DNA of 64,000 nucleotides, from contig CAYWTN010000001.1 of NCBI GenBank assembly GCA_964460975.1, positions 61,202 to 125,201 of the forward strand. Direction: 5' to 3'. This document shows positions 58,921-64,000 of this stretch, in pieces. A model generated the notes under the pieces. The model ran no database searches. It was not told the DNA's origin and saw nothing but the letters and a program-made list of their open reading frames with translations. This DNA is from an uncultured Pseudomonadales bacterium. Lineage in GTDB: Bacteria > Patescibacteriota > Microgenomatia > UBA1400 > UBA1396. A program made the translations under genes and the position numbers. Within the stretch, counting starts at the first letter, position 1, and every line of letters starts with the position of its first letter.

Positions 58921-59807
58921 CGGTTTTTGCCTCTCTCGTTTTCTCAGGCTTCTTTTTCCAAGATTTTCCTCTCTATTTTGTCCGAGTGACACTCACGTTC
59001 TTTGTCTTTTGTGTTTTGTCTTCTTCTGTATATCTTATAAATGACATCGTTGACCGCGAGTCCGATCGGCAACACCCTTTCAAAAAGAAGCGACCCATTG
59101 CTTCGGGAGCACTCTCGGTCTGGGTGGCCGCCTTCGCTGCTTCTCTCGGAATTGTGTTTTCTCTAGCTGCTGGTTTTTCTCTCTCGCCATTTTTGTTTGT
59201 TCTTCTCCTCAGTTATCTGGGACTTCAAGTCTCATACTCATTGGCACTCAAACACATCTCCATTCTTGACGTCTTAAGCATTGCAGCAGGTTTTATTATC
59301 CGCGTCTATGCTGGCGCCGTGGTGGTAAACCTCCACATGAGTGTTTGGTTTTTGCTCACGGTTATCTCGGCTTCACTGTTCTTAGCCGTAGGGAAACGCC
59401 AAAGCGAACGAACGCTCCTCAGTAAAGAGGAAGCAACGGGACGCGGCTTTTCTACTCGCCGCTCACTCGAAAAATACTCGACGAGGCTTTTGGATATTTA
59501 CACAGGAATGTTCGCCAACGCCACTTGGCTTACGTATGCGCTCTTTGCCTTCCAACAAGAAACACAGATCCCCGCAGCGCCACTGCCAACTCTTTTTGCC
59601 TTTATCCCCAGGGCATTTTCGGCACAAAAATGGCTCATGCTCACTGTCCCCATCGTTATTTATGGAGTTATGCGGTATCTCCAACTTGTGTACGAAAGCA
59701 ACCAAGGGGAATCACCAGAGCGCGTTCTGCTTCAGGATAAACCACTCCTCATTACCGCTGGCGTTTTTGGCGTGATGGTGCTCTTTATTATTTACGTTCT
59801 GGGCTAA
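58857..59807 (+). CDS. UbiA-family prenyl-phosphate phosphoribosyltransferase (decaprenyl-phosphate 5-phosphoribosyltransferase-like)
   Basis: YLINDIVDRESDRQHPFKKKRPIASGAL closely parallels the DPPR synthase (Rv3806c-type) motif. About 9 TM helices. Confidence 0.75.
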   Translation: MAQTLYNILKAARPRQWLKNVAVFASLVFSGFFFQDFPLYFVRVTLTFFVFCVLSSSVYLINDIVDRESDRQHPFKKKRPIASGALSVWVAAFAASLGIVFSLAAGFSLSPFLFVLLLSYLGLQVSYSLALKHISILDVLSIAAGFIIRVYAGAVVVNLHMSVWFLLTVISASLFLAVGKRQSERTLLSKEEATGRGFSTRRSLEKYSTRLLDIYTGMFANATWLTYALFAFQQETQIPAAPLPTLFAFIPRAFSAQKWLMLTVPIVIYGVMRYLQLVYESNQGESPERVLLQDKPLLITAGVFGVMVLFIIYVLG

Positions 59808-61006
59808 ACGCGTGAACGATTCTTCCACCAGGTAATGACCCCAGCGACCGCGCCCGTAGCCGTAATGGCCTTTTGCAAAGCAAGGATTTCTGGGCTGTAC
59901 TCAAGCCTTGCGTCCAACCATGGCAAGTACCGTAGCAAGGAAGACACACTCAACCCAAGAAGGATGGCGCGCACGAGTGAAGAACGAACAAGTGGCAAAA
60001 AACAGAGTGCCCATACCAGGTACCAAGGATGGAACTGTTGGGAACGAGCGGTGAGGAGTGGCGCGAGCAGAGCGAGCGCCGCCAAATCTGGCCAGTAGCG
60101 CCTCCCAAAAGCCACAAGATTATCGAGAAACGGCCACCGCTGCCAAATCACGTTGAGCGGTAAAAAAAGTGGCACAAGAGGGAGCAAAACGACCGTCACA
60201 AATTTTTGATAAATTGATGCTCCCAGAAGCCCACCAGCAACAAACAGTGACAAAATTGATGACCAGCGCACCGTAATGATCGGAAGAAGAAGGGCCAGCG
60301 CTACAAGCGCTGGCCACATCATCCAAACATCATTGTGACCATTGAGCGCTACTTCCAGCAGCACGAGTGGATTCCAGGCAAAAAGCCAAAAACGATTTGT
60401 TGTTCCCCAGACCTTTTTCTCCAGCCAGGCAAGGGAGAGAACGGTAGCGATGAGCCCAAGCACCATCCAGAGTTTCATGACCAGATAAGCTAGGGCAAAT
60501 TTCCCCAGCCCAAGTGAGTACGGCACGAGCGAAAGCAGCGTCCAACCCCAACCGTAGGGAGCGGGCGTATGCGTGTTGTGCATAAAACGTGTCCAGGGAT
60601 CCTGGGCAAAATCGAGTGCTGTTTGCACATGCGGATTGGAGCCATACTCGAGCACCATCTTGGCATTAAAAAGGTAGTTGAAAATATCATGGGAAAGGGC
60701 ATTATGTCCCAAGACAAGGATTCCTAAGACGCTTCCCCACGCTATCCAGCGCGCAAAGGGAGAAAACTCGCCTATTTTCATCATCCAAGAGCGGTAGACC
60801 GAAAACCAACTCAGGACAAGGAGCAGGAAAATAGGCGCTCCAGACCAAGGATTACCCTGCCAGGCGTGCATCGTCTCCTGAAACCGCACATACCAGGGAT
60901 GAGCCACGAGTAAAAAGTTTGGGTCAGCAAAAATGTATGACCATAATGAAGTCAAAACGGCCAAAGCAATGGTGACGAACCAGAGCTGAGCGGCACGCAC
61001 GGTCAT
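59804..61006 (-). CDS. Polytopic membrane protein, GT-C-like (DUF2029/GT87-like glycosyltransferase)
   Basis: About 11 TM helices. Conserved acidic and aromatic loop near the N-terminus. No cytosolic domain. Confidence 0.5.
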   Translation of the reverse strand: MTVRAAQLWFVTIALAVLTSLWSYIFADPNFLLVAHPWYVRFQETMHAWQGNPWSGAPIFLLLVLSWFSVYRSWMMKIGEFSPFARWIAWGSVLGILVLGHNALSHDIFNYLFNAKMVLEYGSNPHVQTALDFAQDPWTRFMHNTHTPAPYGWGWTLLSLVPYSLGLGKFALAYLVMKLWMVLGLIATVLSLAWLEKKVWGTTNRFWLFAWNPLVLLEVALNGHNDVWMMWPALVALALLLPIITVRWSSILSLFVAGGLLGASIYQKFVTVVLLPLVPLFLPLNVIWQRWPFLDNLVAFGRRYWPDLAALALLAPLLTARSQQFHPWYLVWALCFLPLVRSSLVRAILLGLSVSSLLRYLPWLDARLEYSPEILALQKAITATGAVAGVITWWKNRSRV

Positions 61007-61007
61007 A

Positions 61008-61763
61008 CTAGTTTTTGTATTTTTGAAAAACGTCGGTGAGTCGAATTTTGACGATATCCGCAAACATGCGCACGGAGTCCTTGAGAGGGTTCACCCGCTC
61101 TGTCTCATTGTGCTCCCAAAGAACAGGGACTTCGGCAATCTGGAACTTGTAACGCCTCGCCAAGAGCAAAAGCTCAACATCAAAGGCACCAGTGAAGGCA
61201 TCTGTTCGCTCCTTACCCTGGTAAACAACGAGTTTAGGGAAAAGTGACTCTGTAGCCGCCGCCGTGAACATCTTGAAACCACACTGAGTATCTTGAATAC
61301 CGGGGACCGCAATCGCTTGCACGAGCATGTTAAACACCAGTCCCATGACATGTCTGTGGAGAGGCTCTTTTTCCCGACGAGCACCTTCCAGCGCCCGAGA
61401 ACCGATCACCACATCATACCCATCATCAATAAAAGGCAAGAATTTTTCAAACTCAGAAAGCGGTGTTGACTGATCAAAGTCGGTAAAGAGGCGATACTTC
61501 CCTTTTGCCGCCAGCATACCAGAACTCACGGTGGGTCCTTTGCCCTTGTGAGGATTTTCTACCACACGAACATTAGAATGCTTCTTAGAAAAAGCGTGAA
61601 GCAGCGCTACCGTTTTGTCGGAAGAACCATCGTCGGTGAGAACAACTTCCCAGGCGTAGCTCTGCTTTTGCAGATACTCAATAACGGCATCCAAAACCCC
61701 ACGAGAAAAATTTTTCTCCTCGTTGTAGGAAGGAATGACTACAGAAAGATATGGCTCAGACAT
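61008..61763 (-). CDS. GT2 polyprenyl-phosphate sugar synthase (Dpm1/ArnC/GtrB-like)
   Basis: LSVVIPSYNEE, VVLTDDGSSDKT and a DXD-containing GT2 core. Confidence 0.85.
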   Translation of the reverse strand: MSEPYLSVVIPSYNEEKNFSRGVLDAVIEYLQKQSYAWEVVLTDDGSSDKTVALLHAFSKKHSNVRVVENPHKGKGPTVSSGMLAAKGKYRLFTDFDQSTPLSEFEKFLPFIDDGYDVVIGSRALEGARREKEPLHRHVMGLVFNMLVQAIAVPGIQDTQCGFKMFTAAATESLFPKLVVYQGKERTDAFTGAFDVELLLLARRYKFQIAEVPVLWEHNETERVNPLKDSVRMFADIVKIRLTDVFQKYKN

Positions 61764-61767
61764 ATTC

Positions 61768-63393
61768 CTACTCTATCACGTCTGAAGGCGCGATGCTTTC
61801 TTCACTTTTTCTCTTCACAATATACACTCTCGGTCCGTTCTCTATCTCGAAAGTACGGTACTCGCCTTTGGGAAAAACTACAATCTCATACACAGGGGAG
61901 CCGAGCACTTCAGCCGGTTCTCGAGGAGTTTCGGCAATGATAACCAAATAATCAGAATCAGAAAATGCTTCTTGAGCAATAGGAGGGCGATCTGACGTTT
62001 GCAAAAAGTATCGGTAGTTGAGGCCTCGATAATCACGGATCTCAGAGAGTAAGGCCAAATTATAGGTTCCTTCATCTGGAAGTTCTTCGAGAATACGCTC
62101 AGCGGTGCCTCGCATATCGGCAGCAGTCCAACCAAGTGGCTGCAAATAGAGCATCTGGACTGGTTGGGCAGCCAGCCAGAAAATATAACCAGTAAACACA
62201 GCCGCGGTAATCTTTCCAGGCCAACCACCAAATTTTGCCAAAGTATAAACAGCCAGGCCATGAAGTAAGTAGGCCACTGGGAAAAAGTAGGTAATATAGT
62301 GGAAGAAAACGGTGGATTTATAAAATGACAAACCAAAAACAGAAGTCACTGCCGTAATAATGAGCAAAAAGTATCCCATTGGACGCGGGCTTTTTCGGTA
62401 GAAAAAGCCCGCCCAGCCAATAACACCAGCAAGAGCGACAAGCAAAAATGTATTGAGCTGGCGGTAATAACCGAACCACTCTCGGCCAAGAATTTCGAAA
62501 AATACCTGGAGGGCGCGACCGTGCTGTTCACGGAAAATATCCCAAACCTGCTGACCAGGGCTGATAGCAGTTATCCCTCGCTCCTTAGAGAAAAAATCGG
62601 CAAAGCCGCCGGCAATGAGGTTATCGAATCGCCAGTTAAAGAGAACCAGAGGAGTAAAAGAAAGGAGGATCACTGCAGCAGAGGCCAAGCTCGAAAAAAG
62701 AAGTTCTTTTTGTTCGTTTCTCCCTCTTTGGAATCTTCGGTAAACATCAGCTGCCCAGAAAATACCGGCTGGAGCGGCAATAAGAAGCGCCACATAATGC
62801 AGCTGGATAATCACCGCAAACCAAAAAGCGACCCACACCCACCAACGAGCTGATCCATACCAAGCACGCCAAATACCATACAGAATGGCCAAAGTCACAA
62901 TAGGCGCTGGATTGGGGTTCCAGGAGAATCGAGTGTATTCGTTGACATAGGTGCCTACGGCAAAAAAGAGTGTGGCAAAAAAAGCTGGCCAACCACCGAT
63001 AAGACGTTTGCCCACCCAGTACAGGAGTGGGATCGTGGCGAGGCCAAGAAACGCTACGGCATAGGCTGGGCCAACCGGTTCATTGCCAAAAAGGAAAATG
63101 AAGGGAGCCATAAAATAGTAGTACAGAGGGCCAAGATACATCTTGCCCACACTGGTTGATGGTCCAACAAGTGCCACGTCAAAATGCAGAATTCCCCAAG
63201 CAATAAGAGCGTCTCTCCCTTGATCAGCGAGAAACTGCATCGTGGTGGGCAAGTTGAGGAAACGATACACCGAGCCAAAAACCGTGGCCAATGCCACTCC
63301 AAAAACCTGAGTGCGCTCAGAAGATGACGATTGCTCCCACCAGGAACAGTAACGCTGCCAAACCTGAGCCAGCATGCCTATTTCTTTCTCCAA
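61768..63393 (-). CDS. GT-C membrane glycosyltransferase (GT39/GT83 ArnT/PMT-like)
   Basis: 541 aa, polytopic. The YLGPLYYYFMAPFIFLFGNEPVGPAYAVAFLG region is typical of the family. Confidence 0.7.
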   Translation of the reverse strand: MEKEIGMLAQVWQRYCSWWEQSSSSERTQVFGVALATVFGSVYRFLNLPTTMQFLADQGRDALIAWGILHFDVALVGPSTSVGKMYLGPLYYYFMAPFIFLFGNEPVGPAYAVAFLGLATIPLLYWVGKRLIGGWPAFFATLFFAVGTYVNEYTRFSWNPNPAPIVTLAILYGIWRAWYGSARWWVWVAFWFAVIIQLHYVALLIAAPAGIFWAADVYRRFQRGRNEQKELLFSSLASAAVILLSFTPLVLFNWRFDNLIAGGFADFFSKERGITAISPGQQVWDIFREQHGRALQVFFEILGREWFGYYRQLNTFLLVALAGVIGWAGFFYRKSPRPMGYFLLIITAVTSVFGLSFYKSTVFFHYITYFFPVAYLLHGLAVYTLAKFGGWPGKITAAVFTGYIFWLAAQPVQMLYLQPLGWTAADMRGTAERILEELPDEGTYNLALLSEIRDYRGLNYRYFLQTSDRPPIAQEAFSDSDYLVIIAETPREPAEVLGSPVYEIVVFPKGEYRTFEIENGPRVYIVKRKSEESIAPSDVIE

Positions 63394-64000
63394 ATGACTT
63401 TACTGTACACAGTGAAGTTCCAAACCATACCGATAAGCACACCAGCTGCTAAGTAAAAATCATCACTCATAACACGGAGTCCCAAAATCTGCAGTACCGT
63501 AAATACTCCGAGCAGTGCTAAGCCTACCTGCATCGTGAAGTACTGAATGATAATCGACCCCAAAGACCCAACATTGAACTGCAAAAACTTATTGATATGT
63601 GCCAAAGCACCAGCAATCTGGCGATCCTTGAACGTCCAGAAGTTGTTGAGAAGATAGTTAGAGATAATGGCTACTTCAGCTCCCAACACAACAGCCAGTC
63701 CGCGATCAGAAAAAGCGTGGCCAAGATAAGGAATCTCAGTGAAACCAGGAATGGCTTCAAAAAGACGACTCAACTCTAAGGCCGTAAAGACACGAAAAGC
63801 GATGAGGTTCACGATAAAGCCAATACCGCCAACCACCACAAAGCGGAACAAACGGTGTCGCAGGATTTCTTGGATACGGACAGAAAGCAAGTAACGCAGC
63901 GTATTTATAATGTATTCTGTCCCCAACTTGGACTCGCCAATCGTACGGTCAACAAAGTGGAAGGGAACTTCTTTGACCACAAAGCCCGCACGCAACGCCT
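63378..64000 (-). CDS. GT2 glycosyltransferase with C-terminal GtrA-like domain (5' end runs off the window)
   Basis: Only the C-terminus is visible: the end of the GT2 domain (VVKEVPFHFVDRTIGESKLG), then a 4-TM GtrA-like region ending NFWTFK. Confidence 0.7.
   Translation of the reverse strand, partial: ALRAGFVVKEVPFHFVDRTIGESKLGTEYIINTLRYLLSVRIQEILRHRLFRFVVVGGIGFIVNLIAFRVFTALELSRLFEAIPGFTEIPYLGHAFSDRGLAVVLGAEVAIISNYLLNNFWTFKDRQIAGALAHINKFLQFNVGSLGSIIIQYFTMQVGLALLGVFTVLQILGLRVMSDDFYLAAGVLIGMVWNFTVYSKVIWRKK

Noticed and set aside
1-64000. CRISPR arrays, integrase/transposase genes, rRNA
   Set aside because: No regularly spaced direct repeats, no tyrosine/serine recombinase or transposase motifs, and no rRNA-like conserved stretches were seen anywhere in the window.

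Overview
This 64-kb window is a gene-dense bacterial chromosomal segment with GC content estimated at about 50%. I saw no rRNA, CRISPR array, integrase or transposase.

Its content suggests a small-genome, Gram-positive-like or Terrabacteria/CPR-like organism. That is inference only and rests on: sortase substrate and sortase genes adjacent, T-box riboswitch, class I FbaB aldolase, a ClpB lacking the N-terminal domain, and a compact minus-strand operon clpB-fbaB-gatCAB-dnaE.

Recognisable blocks on the minus strand: ftsE-ftsX-M23 peptidase (EnvC-like), prfB, a MacAB-like ABC efflux system, dnaE, gatCAB, fbaB, clpB, htpX-lemA.

tRNA genes: Pro (truncated at the window edge), Asp, Thr, Gln, and two tRNA-Ser.

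Other blocks: a PKD-repeat surface protein with sortase, mscL, a nucleotide-metabolism cluster (class II RNR-like, PfkB kinase, two NUDIX, pyrH, udk), acs, a P-type ATPase, glpX, trhO, comF, and a terminal cluster of polyprenyl-phosphate-dependent glycosyltransferases.

Findings of most interest:
1. A canonical T-box antiterminator/terminator leader sits upstream of a small GNAT acetyltransferase, not an aminoacyl-tRNA synthetase, and diverges from an ArgE/DapE-like M20 peptidase.
2. A roughly 65-nt hairpin repeat fused to tRNA-Ser 3'-end fragments occurs twice (about 41.25 kb and 53.0 kb). It brackets a segment that ends in an AT-rich gene for a kinase-fold-like protein, inserted next to a second tRNA-Ser.
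3. The first tRNA-Ser has an apparent anticodon ACU.
4. A lipid-linked glycan cluster combines a UbiA-type decaprenyl-phosphate phosphoribosyltransferase-like gene, a WecA/MraY-like primer transferase, polyprenyl-P-sugar synthases and several GT-C enzymes.
5. Perfect long palindromes lie after prfB and inside the 3' end of comF.

All protein calls are from motif and similarity recall by eye; no searches were run.
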